DNA of 64,000 nucleotides from Escherichia coli O157:H7 (GTDB lineage Bacteria; Pseudomonadota; Gammaproteobacteria; Enterobacterales; Enterobacteriaceae): NCBI RefSeq assembly GCF_013167455.1, contig NZ_CP038328.1; one strand, 5' to 3'. Shown piece by piece: positions 15,063 to 28,103 of this stretch (position 1 is its first letter; each line of letters starts with the position of its first letter). The notes under the pieces were generated by a model. It saw only the letters and a program-made list of their open reading frames with translations, ran no database searches and was not told where the DNA came from. The position numbers and the translations under genes were made by a program.

Positions 15063-16321
15063 GATTTAGCCCTTCTGATTGGTGTCACGTTGTAGTGTTC
15101 TCCGCGTTCCAGCGACACTAACAGAGTGGTCCACTTCGCCAGTGCGTCCCGTCGTTCATTGAAATACTGATAGCGGTTGTATATGCCTTCGACTCCCTTG
15201 ATGCGGTGATTGAGGCATCTTTCAGCGACTACCGGATCAACACCAAGCGCAGCTAGATGTGTGCGTGCTGTACGGCGGAAGTCGTGAATAGTGAAATTTG
15301 GAACTTCCGGCATCTCTGCGCGGACTTTTGCCAGCGCAACAGGTAGGGTGCTCTCCTGAATGTGGGGGATCATCCTGTGCTGCATTTTCCGCGCCGGAAG
15401 CACCCAGGCACTATTGCATGACAACACACGCAACTCTCGCAGCCATTCAATAACGGGATGGACGAGTGGAATATCGATGGGGTCGCCGTTTTTGCTGCGT
15501 TCCTCCGGCAGATGCCATACAGCGTTATCAAGGTCGAATTCTTCCCATCTGGCGGCGCACAACTCCATCTTCCTGACACAAAGCGCCAGCAATAGCTTAA
15601 ATGTGAGTTCATTCTCGCGGCTGAAACCCTTTGCGGTCCGCATAGCCTGAAAGAATCGGATTAGCTCTTCACGAGTCAGCCAACGGTCGCGGGAGGACTC
15701 CTTGCCACCAGCATCAGAGACTTCAAACGCAGAGCATGGGTTAATCTCCAGCACATGACGTTTTACCCCGTAGTCGAATATGCGGCGCGTCCAGCGTAGA
15801 ACGTCCGTTGCAATGGTTGGCGCTCCACGGTCAACAATTGCCTTTAGCATCTCGTCAATGTGTCGTGGTTTTACGTCCTCAGCCTTCATATGACCAATAC
15901 GCGGGTTTATGTCTTTGTCGATGCGACGGCGCAGGATGTCGGGATGTTTCCATCGTGGCAGTATCTGACGTTCGAAATATTCGGCAGCAAGCTCTGATAC
16001 GCGCACGGCCTTTTTTTCTGCCTCAATTTTTGCCAGGGCTTCGGCCTTACGCTCCTGTTTCTCTGCTGCTACGTCGTACCCAAGTGCGACGCGAGCGGAT
16101 AGTTCCTTTGCTGTTTCTCTGGCTTTTGATAGCGAGTAATCAGCATAGGAACCAATGACCATTGCCCGTGCTTTTCCTGCGAATTTGTAGCGGAATCGCC
16201 ATGTTGGTATCTGGTCTTCTTTCCGGTAACGAAGGTATAAGCCACCGCCATCTGACCGCCCTTCGAATCGTTCACCTGATTTTATCCATGCCCTGATCTG
16301 AATATCTGTGAGCTTTGGCAT
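15059..16321 (-). CDS. int: P4-family tyrosine integrase
   Basis: N-terminal DUF4102-like arm-binding region (GGGLYLRYRKEDQIPTWRFRYKFAGK). C-terminal catalytic HDFRRTARTHL and GIYNRYQY. AGGAG RBS before ATG 16319-16321; the ORF track start at 16372 is probably too long. Confidence 0.9.
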   Translation of the reverse strand: MPKLTDIQIRAWIKSGERFEGRSDGGGLYLRYRKEDQIPTWRFRYKFAGKARAMVIGSYADYSLSKARETAKELSARVALGYDVAAEKQERKAEALAKIEAEKKAVRVSELAAEYFERQILPRWKHPDILRRRIDKDINPRIGHMKAEDVKPRHIDEMLKAIVDRGAPTIATDVLRWTRRIFDYGVKRHVLEINPCSAFEVSDAGGKESSRDRWLTREELIRFFQAMRTAKGFSRENELTFKLLLALCVRKMELCAARWEEFDLDNAVWHLPEERSKNGDPIDIPLVHPVIEWLRELRVLSCNSAWVLPARKMQHRMIPHIQESTLPVALAKVRAEMPEVPNFTIHDFRRTARTHLAALGVDPVVAERCLNHRIKGVEGIYNRYQYFNERRDALAKWTTLLVSLERGEHYNVTPIRRAKS

Positions 16322-16349
16322 TAAGAACTCCTGAACATTGAATAGAGAG

Positions 16350-16401
16350 GTGTACCCAAACAGATGTTCCAAAATGCAATTGGGTACACCTTTGGGTACA
16401 C
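16350..16401. repeat. three GGGTACAC octamers (one inverted) between the integrase start and the island/chromosome junction
   Basis: gtgtaccc at 16350-16357; gggtacac at 16382-16389 and 16394-16401 (12-bp spacing). These are candidate integrase arm-type or AlpA binding sites. Confidence 0.5.
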
Positions 16402-16443
16402 GCTAATCATGCGCTTTCTTGCGTCGTTATGATAGCCATTAAT

Positions 16444-16472
16444 TACAAAAAAACCCGCATTATCGCGGGTTT
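16444..16472 (-). terminator. yicC intrinsic terminator; marks the right limit of the island
   Basis: The minus strand reads aaacccgc-gataat-gcgggttt followed by a T-run, 39 nt after the yicC stop. Confidence 0.7.
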
Positions 16473-16510
16473 GATTGAATTATTGCGCTTTATTGATTCC
16501 CTCTGATAGC

Positions 16511-17374
16511 TTACTCCACATTTTGAATCTGCTCGCGCATCTGCTCAATCAACACTTTCAGCTCAATCGCGGAGTTTGTCACTTCGGCATTGATAGACTT
16601 CGACGCAAGAGTGTTCGACTCGCGGTTGAATTCCTGCATCATAAAGTCCAGACGACGACCAACGGCTTCTTTTTTCTTCAGAATGTTGTAGGTCTCTTTG
16701 ACATGCGCTTCCAGGCGGTCCAGTTCTTCGGCAACGTCAATTCGTTGTGCCAGCAGAACCAGCTCCTGCTCCAGACGGTTGTTTTCCAACTGAACCTGAG
16801 CATCTTCCAGCTTCGCGACCAGACGCTCACGCTGCCATTGCAGGATTTCCGGCATATGGGCGCGGACTTTGACCACTTCGGCGGTGACGCCTTCCAGACG
16901 CTGCTCGATCAATGCTTTCAGTGCCTGACCTTCGGTTTCGCGCGCGACAATAAAGTCGTCCAGCGTACCATCCAGCGCCGCGAGAATTTCAGCGGCAATG
17001 GCGTCAAGATCCTGCTCCTGGGCTGCCATCACGCCCGGCCAGCGTAGAATATCAACCGGGTTGATTTCCCCTTCGTCACTCTGCATTTTTACCCAGTTCG
17101 CGGCAGTTACCAGCTGTTTAGCCAGTTTTTCGTTGAGGATCAGCTCACCTTGCGCGCTAACATCTGGCTCATAGCGCAGGGTACATTCCACTTTACCGCG
17201 CGTCAGGCGAGAACGAATACGCTCGCGAACGACAGGTTCAAGGCTACGGAACTGCTCCGGCAGACGAAAGTAAGTTTCCAGATAACGCTGGTTTACCGAG
17301 CGCATTTCCCAGGTTGCGCTCCCCCATTCACCCTTGATTTCACGCCGGGCGTAGGCGGTCATACTGCGGATCAT
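16511..17374 (-). CDS. yicC: YicC-family stress-induced protein / endoribonuclease
   Basis: 287-aa product recognisable as E. coli YicC; synteny with rph-pyrE. Confidence 0.95.
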   Translation of the reverse strand: MIRSMTAYARREIKGEWGSATWEMRSVNQRYLETYFRLPEQFRSLEPVVRERIRSRLTRGKVECTLRYEPDVSAQGELILNEKLAKQLVTAANWVKMQSDEGEINPVDILRWPGVMAAQEQDLDAIAAEILAALDGTLDDFIVARETEGQALKALIEQRLEGVTAEVVKVRAHMPEILQWQRERLVAKLEDAQVQLENNRLEQELVLLAQRIDVAEELDRLEAHVKETYNILKKKEAVGRRLDFMMQEFNRESNTLASKSINAEVTNSAIELKVLIEQMREQIQNVE

Positions 17375-17500
17375 AGACGTTCCTGTTTATAAAAGGAGAG
17401 GTGGAAGGATTATAGCCATCGATGCCTTGTCAGGATAGGAATAACCGCCGGAAGTCCGTATAATGCGCAGCCACATTTGTTTCAAGCCGGAGATTTCAAT

Positions 17501-18217
17501 ATGCGTCCAGCAGGCCGTAGCAATAATCAGGTGCGTCCCGTTACCCTGACTCGTAACTATACAAAACATGCAGAAGGCTCGGTGCTGGTCGAATTTGGCG
17601 ATACCAAAGTGTTGTGTACCGCCTCTATTGAAGAAGGCGTGCCGCGCTTCCTGAAAGGTCAGGGCCAGGGCTGGATCACCGCAGAGTACGGCATGCTGCC
17701 ACGTTCTACCCACACCCGTAACGCTCGTGAAGCGGCGAAAGGTAAGCAGGGTGGACGCACAATGGAAATCCAGCGTCTGATCGCCCGTGCTCTTCGCGCG
17801 GCAGTAGATTTGAAAGCGCTGGGTGAGTTCACCATTACGCTGGACTGCGACGTGCTTCAGGCTGATGGTGGCACGCGTACCGCGTCGATTACGGGTGCCT
17901 GCGTGGCGCTGGCAGATGCGCTACAGAAGCTGGTGGAAAACGGCAAGCTGAAAACCAACCCGATGAAAGGGATGGTAGCCGCAGTTTCTGTCGGAATTGT
18001 GAACGGCGAAGCGGTTTGCGATCTGGAATACGTTGAAGACTCTGCCGCAGAGACCGACATGAACGTAGTGATGACCGAAGACGGGCGCATCATTGAAGTG
18101 CAGGGGACGGCAGAAGGCGAGCCGTTCACCCATGAAGAGCTACTCACCTTGTTGGCTCTGGCCCGAGGGGGAATCGAATCCATTGTAGCGACGCAGAAGG
18201 CGGCGCTGGCAAACTGA
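17501..18217 (+). CDS. rph: ribonuclease PH (full length)
   Basis: [39 protein letters not shown]..., 238 aa. It has no K-12 MG1655-type C-terminal frameshift. Confidence 0.95.
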   Translation: MRPAGRSNNQVRPVTLTRNYTKHAEGSVLVEFGDTKVLCTASIEEGVPRFLKGQGQGWITAEYGMLPRSTHTRNAREAAKGKQGGRTMEIQRLIARALRAAVDLKALGEFTITLDCDVLQADGGTRTASITGACVALADALQKLVENGKLKTNPMKGMVAAVSVGIVNGEAVCDLEYVEDSAAETDMNVVMTEDGRIIEVQGTAEGEPFTHEELLTLLALARGGIESIVATQKAALAN

Positions 18218-18223
18218 TTTTTA

Positions 18224-18250
18224 AGGCGACTGATGAGTCGCCTTTTTTTT
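18224..18250 (+). terminator. rph-pyrE intercistronic attenuator/terminator hairpin
   Basis: aggcgac-tgatga-gtcgcct followed by T8. pyrE is known to be controlled by attenuation here. Confidence 0.75.
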
Positions 18251-18282
18251 GTCTGTAGAAAAGTAAGATGAGGAGCGAAGGC

Positions 18283-18924
18283 ATGAAACCATATCAGCGC
18301 CAGTTTATTGAATTTGCGCTTGGCAAGCAGGTGTTAAAGTTTGGCGAGTTTACGTTGAAGTCCGGGCGCAAAAGCCCCTATTTCTTCAACGCCGGGCTGT
18401 TTAATACCGGGCGCGATCTGGCACTGTTAGGCCGTTTTTACGCTGAAGCGTTGGTGGATTCCGGCCTTGAGTTCGATCTGCTGTTTGGCCCTGCTTACAA
18501 AGGGATCCCGATTGCCACCACTACCGCCGTGGCGCTGGCGGAGCATCATGACCTTGACCTGCCGTACTGCTTTAACCGCAAAGAGGCAAAAGACCACGGT
18601 GAAGGCGGCAATCTGGTTGGTAGCGCGTTACAAGGACGCGTAATGCTGGTAGATGATGTGATCACCGCCGGAACGGCGATTCGCGAATCGATGGAGATTA
18701 TTCAGGCTAATGGCGCGACGCTTGCTGGCGTGTTGATTTCGCTTGATCGTCAGGAACGGGGGCGCGGCGAGATTTCGGCGATTCAGGAAGTTGAGCGTGA
18801 TTACAACTGCAAAGTGATCTCTATCATCACCCTGAAAGACCTGATTGCTTACCTGGAAGAGAAGCCGGAAATGGCGGAACATCTGGCGGCGGTTAAGGCC
18901 TATCGCGAAGAGTTTGGCGTTTAA
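18283..18924 (+). CDS. pyrE: orotate phosphoribosyltransferase
   Basis: [38 protein letters not shown]..., 213 aa. Confidence 0.95.
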
Positions 18925-18932
18925 AGAAACTC

Positions 18933-18954
18933 GCCGGATGAAAAGTCATCCGGC
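18933..18954. terminator. REP-like hairpin between convergent pyrE and slmA
   Basis: gccggatg-aaaagt-catccggc. Confidence 0.5.
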
Positions 18955-18960
18955 GTCATA

Positions 18961-19557
18961 TTACTGCAACTGTGCCGCAATTAGCGGCCAGCGGGCGTCA
19001 AAATCATCCGTCGGGCGGTATTTAAATTCGCTGCGGACAAAACGTGACAGCATACCTTCACAGAAGGCTAGGATCTGGCTTGCCAGCAGGGTTTCATCGG
19101 TGGTGTAACCTTCACCCTCACGCATTCTCTTTTCACGCAATACCTGACGCAGCTGCGCTTCAATACGCTCGAACAGCTGGTTGATGCGCCCTTGCAGGCG
19201 ATCCTGTTCAAACATTAGCGCATGACCAGTGAGGATGCGGGTCAGGCCAGGATTACGCTCACCAAAACCGAGAAGCAGCAACACAATCAGACGCAGGCGC
19301 GCTGTGGTGTCTTTCTCATCTTTCAGAATCAGATTGATGCGAGTAATCAGGCTATCTTCGATAAACTCAATCAGGCTATCGAACATGCGGGTCTTACTGG
19401 GGAAGTGGCGATACAGTGCCGCTTCGGAAACGCCGACAGAGGCGGCCAGTTTTGCCGTCGTGATACGTTGGCTTCCATCGCTGGATTCCAGCATCAGCGC
19501 CAGAGACTGAAGTATTTCCTCGCGACGGTTCCTTTTCGCAGTTTGTTTTTCTGCCAT
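18961..19557 (-). CDS. slmA: nucleoid occlusion factor SlmA (TetR family)
   Basis: [52 protein letters not shown]..., 198 aa from ATG 19555-19557. Confidence 0.95.
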
Positions 19558-19663
19558 GTTACAAAATACCCCTGAAAATAAGCACTTGCCAGGCGGCACC
19601 CACGCTATGACCGCAAACGAAATGTTTACGGCTATGTTATGACGTTATTCGGATGCGTATGTG

Positions 19664-20122
19664 TTACTGACGACCAGAGTGACCAAAGCCGCCTTCACCG
19701 CGGTCGGTGGCGTCGAAATCTTCCACCAGATTAAATTCAGCCTGTACTACCGGAACAAAAATCATCTGGGCGATACGTTCGCCAGGTTGAATGGTGAAGC
19801 TGTCCTGACCACGGTTCCACACGGAAATCATCAACTGGCCCTGATAGTCGGAATCGATCAATCCTACCAGGTTACCAAGCACGATACCGTGCTTATGTCC
19901 CAATCCGGAGCGCGGCAGCATCATTGCCGCCAGTGAAGGATCGGCAATATGAATCGCCAGCCCGGTCGGAACCAGCGTAGTGTCACCCGGAGCCAGTTCT
20001 ACGGCGTCGTCGAGACAGGCACGCAGGTCAAGTCCGGCAGAGCCAGAGGTGGCATAAGTCGGGAGCGGAAATTCCTTCCCAACGCGCGGGTCCAGAATCT
20101 TAACGTCGATTTTTTTCATCAT
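19664..20122 (-). CDS. dut: dUTP diphosphatase
   Basis: [35 protein letters not shown]... Confidence 0.95.
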
Positions 20123-21320
20123 AACGGGTCACGATCTCGTCGAGTAATAATTGGCCAAGGAGCTCTTTGCGCTCAAGCGGTAAGACTTTATCTCCGTCCT
20201 GCCAGAAAAGGTGTAATGCGTTGTTGTCGCTGTTAAATCCTTGAGTTGGCTGGGAAACATCGTTCGCGCAGATCAGATCAAGGTTTTTACGGATACGTTT
20301 TTGCCGGGCGTATTCTTCCACATTATTTGTTTCGGCGGCAAATCCAACGACGTAGGGTCGATGGTCTTTTAGTGCGGCAACGCCTGCGACGATATCGGGG
20401 TTTTTAACCATTTTTATTGTTAATTCATCACCCTGCGTGGCCTGCTTTTTGATTTTCTCTGGGGCCACGGTAGCTGCGCGATAATCCGCCACGGCGGCGC
20501 AGCCGATAAAAATATTTTGCTGCTGTACAGAAGCATTCACGGCGGCTTCCATTTCCAGCGCGGTCATCACATCAACACGTTTAACAAACGGTGGCGTCGG
20601 TAGTGAAACCGGACCTGATACCAGCGTGACGTTCGCGCCACGACGGGCAGCGGCGGCGGCGATAGCAAAACCCATCTTGCCGGAGCTGTGATTAGAGATA
20701 TAACGCACGGGATCGAGCGGTTCACGCGTCGGGCCGGCGGTAATCATAATGTTCAGATGTTTCAGGTCGTTGACGGGCGAAAAATGCGCTACCGCCATAT
20801 CCACAATGGTTAACGGATCGAGCATTCGCCCAGGACCGATATCACCACAAGCCTGACTGCCACTGTCTGGCCCCCAGATGAGCAAACCACGGGAAGCAAG
20901 CACCTCTAAATTATGCTGCGTGGCAGCGGCACGGTACATCTGCTGGTTCATGGCGGGGAGCACGGCTACAGGCGCAGGTGTAGCCAGACAAATCGTCGAT
21001 ACCAGGTCATTCGCCATTCCGGCAGCAACACGGGCAATCAAATCTGCCGTGGCAGGGGCGAGAATCACTAAATCAGCCCATTTACCCAGCTCAATATGGC
21101 CCATAGCGGCTTCGGCTGCCGGGTCCAGCAAACTGTCGGAAACGGGATAACCAGAAACCGCCTGCAAGCTAAGTGGGGTGATAAAGGCTTTTGCCGCTTC
21201 GGTCATGGCTACGCGGACGTCGGCCCCGCGATCGCGCAAACGACGCACCAGTTCAGGGGTTTTATAGGCAGCAATACCGCCGCTAACGCCGAGAACGATT
21301 TTTTTACCGGCCAGGCTCAT
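20100..21320 (-). CDS. coaBC: bifunctional phosphopantothenoylcysteine decarboxylase / phosphopantothenate-cysteine ligase
   Basis: [46 protein letters not shown]..., 406 aa from ATG 21318-21320. Confidence 0.95.
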
Positions 21321-21485
21321 GATGATTTTTCCTGTTGGGTGACACCAGAAGTTGGCGATTTTATCACAATACTTTTGTTGTCGTGCCTTCACCTGAGATT
21401 CACTTTGCGAGGCGCTTTCCAGGATTGAAAACTGGCCGTCGATTTAACGGAACGGCTATGACAGGATGCGAGCACCACAAAGGAG

Positions 21486-22160
21486 GTGAAGGTGAAAAAC
21501 AATGCACAGCTGTTGATGCCGCGCGAAAAAATGCTGAAGTTTGGTATTAGCGCCTTAACTGATGTCGAGCTGCTGGCGCTATTTCTGCGTACCGGAACGC
21601 GCGGTAAAGATGTATTAACCCTGGCAAAAGAGATGCTGGAGAATTTCGGCTCTCTTTATGGCTTGTTAACCTCTGAATATGAACAATTTAGTGGTGTTCA
21701 TGGAATTGGCGTAGCGAAATTTGCCCAGTTAAAGGGGATTGCTGAACTGGCGCGACGTTACTACAACGTGCGGATGCGTGAAGAAAGCCCTTTACTCAGC
21801 CCGGAGATGACGCGGGAATTTTTACAAAGCCAGCTCACGGGTGAGGAGCGGGAGATCTTTATGGTGATCTTTCTCGACTCCCAACACCGGGTTATAACGC
21901 ATAGCCGTCTTTTTTCCGGCACGCTAAACCATGTTGAAGTCCATCCTCGGGAAATTATCCGCGAAGCGATAAAAATAAACGCCTCGGCGCTGATCCTTGC
22001 ACATAATCACCCTTCGGGTTGTGCTGAACCCAGTAAAGCGGATAAACTCATTACTGAACGGATAATAAAGAGTTGTCAGTTCATGGATTTACGCGTGCTC
22101 GACCATATCGTGATTGGGCGTGGAGAGTATGTTTCTTTTGCCGAACGCGGCTGGATTTAA
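21486..22160 (+). CDS. yicR: UPF0758/RadC-like JAB-domain protein YicR
   Basis: [34 protein letters not shown]...HNHPSG motif. The start may be the second GTG at 21492. Confidence 0.9.
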
Positions 22161-22355
22161 CCCGCTATGCGCGATCCTTCGGGATCTTTGTCTGTTCGGG
22201 ACTTGAGCACATCGCTGAGTCAGCGTATACTACGCCACCTTTGAGAATCTCGGGTTTGGCATTTGGGCCTGGCAATCGAGAGTTCACATAGAACTGCGAT
22301 GACCGGGCTGTAAAGCCTGACGAGGCGCCAATACCCCATACGAAGCTCGAGCTAA

Positions 22356-22613
<258 letters not shown>

Positions 22614-22630
22614 GTACTTAGAGGAAATAA

Positions 22631-22801
<171 letters not shown>

Positions 22802-22824
22802 TTCTCGCTTTGATGTAACAAAAA

Positions 22825-22848
22825 ACCTCGCTCCGGCGGGGTTTTTTG
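22825..22848 (+). terminator. rpmBG operon terminator
   Basis: cctcgc-tccg-gcgggg hairpin followed by tttttt. Confidence 0.6.
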
Positions 22849-22898
22849 TTATCTGCTTGCCCCCATATTGACTGCATCTGTTCATTCCTGGAGATGCT

Positions 22899-23708
22899 AT
22901 GCCTGAATTACCCGAAGTTGAAACCAGCCGCCGCGGCATAGAACCGCATCTCGTTGGTGCAACCATTCTTCATGCAGTGGTGCGCAACGGACGCTTGCGC
23001 TGGCCGGTTTCAGAAGAGATCTACCGTTTAAGCGACCAACCAGTGCTTAGCGTGCAGCGGCGGGCTAAATATCTGCTGCTGGAGCTGCCTGAGGGCTGGA
23101 TTATCATTCATTTAGGGATGTCTGGCAGCCTGCGCATCCTTCCAGAAGAACTTCCCCCTGAAAAGCATGACCATGTGGATTTGGTGATGAGCAACGGCAA
23201 AGTGCTGCGCTACACCGATCCGCGCCGCTTTGGTGCCTGGCTGTGGACCAAAGAGCTGGAAGGGCATAATGTGCTGGCCCATCTTGGACCGGAGCCGCTT
23301 AGCGACGATTTCAATGGTGAGTATCTGCATCAGAAGTGCGCGAAGAAAAAAACGGCGATTAAACCGTGGCTGATGGATAACAAGCTGGTGGTAGGGGTAG
23401 GGAATATCTATGCCAGCGAATCACTGTTTGCGGCGGGGATCCATCCGGATCGGCTGGCGTCATCACTGTCGCTGGCAGAGTGTGAATTGTTAGCTCGGGT
23501 GATTAAAGCGGTGTTGCTGCGTTCGATTGAGCAGGGTGGTACAACGCTGAAAGATTTTCTGCAAAGTGATGGTAAACCGGGCTATTTCGCTCAGGAATTG
23601 CAGGTTTACGGGCGAAAAGGTGAGCCGTGTCGGGTGTGCGGTACGCCGATTGTGGCGACTAAACATGCGCAGCGGGCAACGTTTTATTGTCGGCAGTGCC
23701 AGAAGTAA
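22899..23708 (+). CDS. mutM: formamidopyrimidine-DNA glycosylase
   Basis: [20 protein letters not shown]... with a C-terminal zinc finger [25 protein letters not shown]. Confidence 0.96.
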
Positions 23709-23717
23709 TTCATGCGC

Positions 23718-23739
23718 GCCGGATGGCATACCATCCGGC
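23718..23739. repeat. REP-like palindrome between mutM and coaD
   Basis: gccggatgg-cata-ccatccggc. Confidence 0.55.
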
Positions 23740-23746
23740 ATAAACG

Positions 23747-25511
<1,765 letters not shown>

Positions 25512-25862
25512 AGTAAATAGCTGACTTATGGATGTGCTGGGGATTCTATGTATTTAGCTGTGGCTTTACCATTACTTTTCCCGTTTTTGACTTAAATAGC
25601 AATTTACCCGCCAATTCTTGCTGAACATCTATACTTTTTTTGTATTTTTATGCGATTCATTGATTTCTGCTGTACGTGCAGGAAGGAATCGCAGAGCAAC
25701 AGTGAAAGAATATGGTTGCTAATGATTTTATTTGATTGATTTCTTTATTGAAAATCAACAATGTGCTTAAAAATCATTCGGGTCGGATTGCCGCGAAAGA
25801 AGTGATACACTAGCGCGTCAATATCAGTGCGGTATCAGTATTCAGGTAGCTGTTGAGCCTGG

Positions 25863-25874
25863 GGCGGTAGCGTG
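25863..25874 (+). promoter_or_regulatory. ops element (RfaH recruitment site) in the JUMPStart leader of the waaQ operon
   Basis: GGCGGTAGCGTG matches the ops consensus GGCGGTAGnnTG, about 50 nt upstream of waaQ. Confidence 0.8.
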
Positions 25875-25923
25875 CTTTTTCTGCTTCACCTTAATCGGAT
25901 AATCTCAACAAAAAGAGTTACTT

Positions 25924-26982
25924 GTGGATAAGCCATTTCGAAGAATTTTGCTCATTAAGATGCGTTTTCATGGGGATATGTTATTAACTACTCCCGTCAT
26001 TAGTTCGCTGAAAAAAAATTACCCTGACGCAAAAATCGATGTGCTGCTTTATCAGGACACCATCCCGATCCTGTCTGAAAATCCAGAGATTAACGCGCTC
26101 TACGGCATAAAAAATAAAAAAGCAAAAGCCTCAGAAAAAATTGCCAACTTTTTTCATCTCATCAAGGTATTACGTGCCAATAAGTATGACCTTATCGTCA
26201 ATCTTACCGATCAATGGATGGTTGCTATACTGGTTCGCTTATTAAATGCCCGTGTGAAAATTTCCCAGGATTATCATCATCGGCAGTCTGCTTTTTGGCG
26301 TAAAAGTTTCACCCATTTGGTGCCGTTGCAGGGTGGAAATGTGGTGGAAAGTAACTTATCCGTGCTGACACCATTGGGACTTGATTCGTTGGTGAAGCAG
26401 ACAACCATGAGTTACCCGCCTGCAAGCTGGAAACGTATGCGTCGCGAACTTGATCACGCTGGTGTTGGACAAAATTATGTGGTTATCCAACCTACGGCGC
26501 GGCAAATCTTCAAATGCTGGGACAACGCCAAGTTTTCCGCTGTGATTGATGCCTTACATGCTCGTGGTTATGAAGTCGTTCTGACGTCCGGCCCAGATAA
26601 AGACGATCTGGCCTGCGTCAATGAAATTGCGCAAGGATGCCAGACGCCACCAGTAACGGCGCTGGCTGGAAAGGTGACCTTCCCGGAACTTGGTGCGTTA
26701 ATCGATCATGCGCAGCTGTTTATTGGCGTTGATTCCGCACCGGCGCATATTGCCGCTGCAGTTAATACGCCGCTGATATCGCTGTTTGGTGCGACAGACC
26801 ATATTTTCTGGCGTCCTTGGTCAAATAACATGATTCAATTCTGGGCGGGAGATTACCGGGAAATGCCAACGCGCGATCAGCGTGACCGAAATGAGATGTA
26901 TCTTTCGGTTATTCCGGCGGCAGATGTCATTGCTGCTGTCGATAAATTACTGCCCTCCTCCACGACAGGTACGTCGTTATGA
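25924..26982 (+). CDS. waaQ: LPS heptosyltransferase III
   Basis: GT9 heptosyltransferase sequence (RILLIKMRFHGDMLLTTPVISSLKKNYPDAKIDVL...). GTG start. Confidence 0.9.
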   Translation: MDKPFRRILLIKMRFHGDMLLTTPVISSLKKNYPDAKIDVLLYQDTIPILSENPEINALYGIKNKKAKASEKIANFFHLIKVLRANKYDLIVNLTDQWMVAILVRLLNARVKISQDYHHRQSAFWRKSFTHLVPLQGGNVVESNLSVLTPLGLDSLVKQTTMSYPPASWKRMRRELDHAGVGQNYVVIQPTARQIFKCWDNAKFSAVIDALHARGYEVVLTSGPDKDDLACVNEIAQGCQTPPVTALAGKVTFPELGALIDHAQLFIGVDSAPAHIAAAVNTPLISLFGATDHIFWRPWSNNMIQFWAGDYREMPTRDQRDRNEMYLSVIPAADVIAAVDKLLPSSTTGTSL

Positions 26983-28103
26983 TCGTTGCTTTTTGTTTAT
27001 ATAAATATTTTCCCTTTGGCGGTTTGCAGCGCGATTTTATGCGTATTGCTCAGACAGTCGCCGCCCGAGGTCATCATGTTCGGGTTTATACCCAGTCGTG
27101 GGAAGGCGAATGCCCTGATGTATTTGAACTGATCAAAGTGCCGGTTAAATCGCATACCAATCACGGGCGCAATGCGGAGTATTTTGCCTGGGTGCAAAAA
27201 CATTTACGCGAACATCCCGTCGATAAAGTCGTTGGATTCAACAAAATGCCGGGGCTGGACGTTTATTATGCCGCTGATGTTTGTTATGCCGAGAAAGTCG
27301 CGCAGGAAAAAGGCTTTTTCTATCACCTGACGTCACGTTATCGCCATTATGCCGCCTTTGAGCGGGCAACCTTCGAACAGGGCAAGCCGACACAGCTGCT
27401 GATGCTGACAGATAAGCAAATCGCCGATTTCCAGAAACATTATCAGACTGAAGCGGAGCGTTTTCATATTCTACCACCGGGGATTTATCCTGATCGTAAA
27501 TATAGCCAGCAGCCAGCTAATAGCCGTGAAATCTTCCGTAAGAAGAATGGAATAACCGAACAACAATATTTATTGTTGCAGGTCGGTTCAGACTTCACGC
27601 GTAAAGGTGTCGATCGTTCCATTGAAGCACTTGCTTCGTTACCGGATTCGCTGCGCCACAACACATTGCTATATGTTGTTGGACAGGATAAACCGCGAAA
27701 ATTTGAGGCGCTGGCAGAAAAACGCGGCGTGCGCAGTAATGTTCACTTCTTCTCGGGGCGCAACGATGTCTCGGAATTAATGGCGGCGGCGGATTTATTA
27801 CTGCATCCTGCCTACCAGGAAGCAGCGGGAATTGTGCTACTGGAAGCGATTACTGCAGGATTACCGGTACTAACAACAGCCGTTTGTGGCTATGCGCATT
27901 ATATTGTCGACGCCAATTGCGGCGAGGCTATTGCTGAGCCATTCCGCCAGGAAACATTGAATGAGATTTTACGCAAAGCGTTAACGCAATCTTCATTGCG
28001 CCAGGCCTGGGCGGAAAATGCGCGACATTATGCTGATACACAAGATTTATACAGTCTGCCAGAGAAAGCGGCGGATATCATAACGGGTGGTCTGGATGGT
28101 TGA
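26979..28103 (+). CDS. waaG: LPS glucosyltransferase I
   Basis: [43 protein letters not shown]... GT4 family. Confidence 0.93.
   Translation: MIVAFCLYKYFPFGGLQRDFMRIAQTVAARGHHVRVYTQSWEGECPDVFELIKVPVKSHTNHGRNAEYFAWVQKHLREHPVDKVVGFNKMPGLDVYYAADVCYAEKVAQEKGFFYHLTSRYRHYAAFERATFEQGKPTQLLMLTDKQIADFQKHYQTEAERFHILPPGIYPDRKYSQQPANSREIFRKKNGITEQQYLLLQVGSDFTRKGVDRSIEALASLPDSLRHNTLLYVVGQDKPRKFEALAEKRGVRSNVHFFSGRNDVSELMAAADLLLHPAYQEAAGIVLLEAITAGLPVLTTAVCGYAHYIVDANCGEAIAEPFRQETLNEILRKALTQSSLRQAWAENARHYADTQDLYSLPEKAADIITGGLDG

Noticed and set aside
14254-16430. 12-bp direct repeat tgcgtcgttatg (14254-14265 and 16419-16430) as att core sites bracketing a mini-element of int plus the 216-aa ORF
   Set aside because: A single 12-mer match is expected by chance in a 64-kb window when a ~120-bp region is scanned. 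The flanks show no extended similarity, and alpA and the replication module would be left without an integrase. It needs comparison with an empty site.
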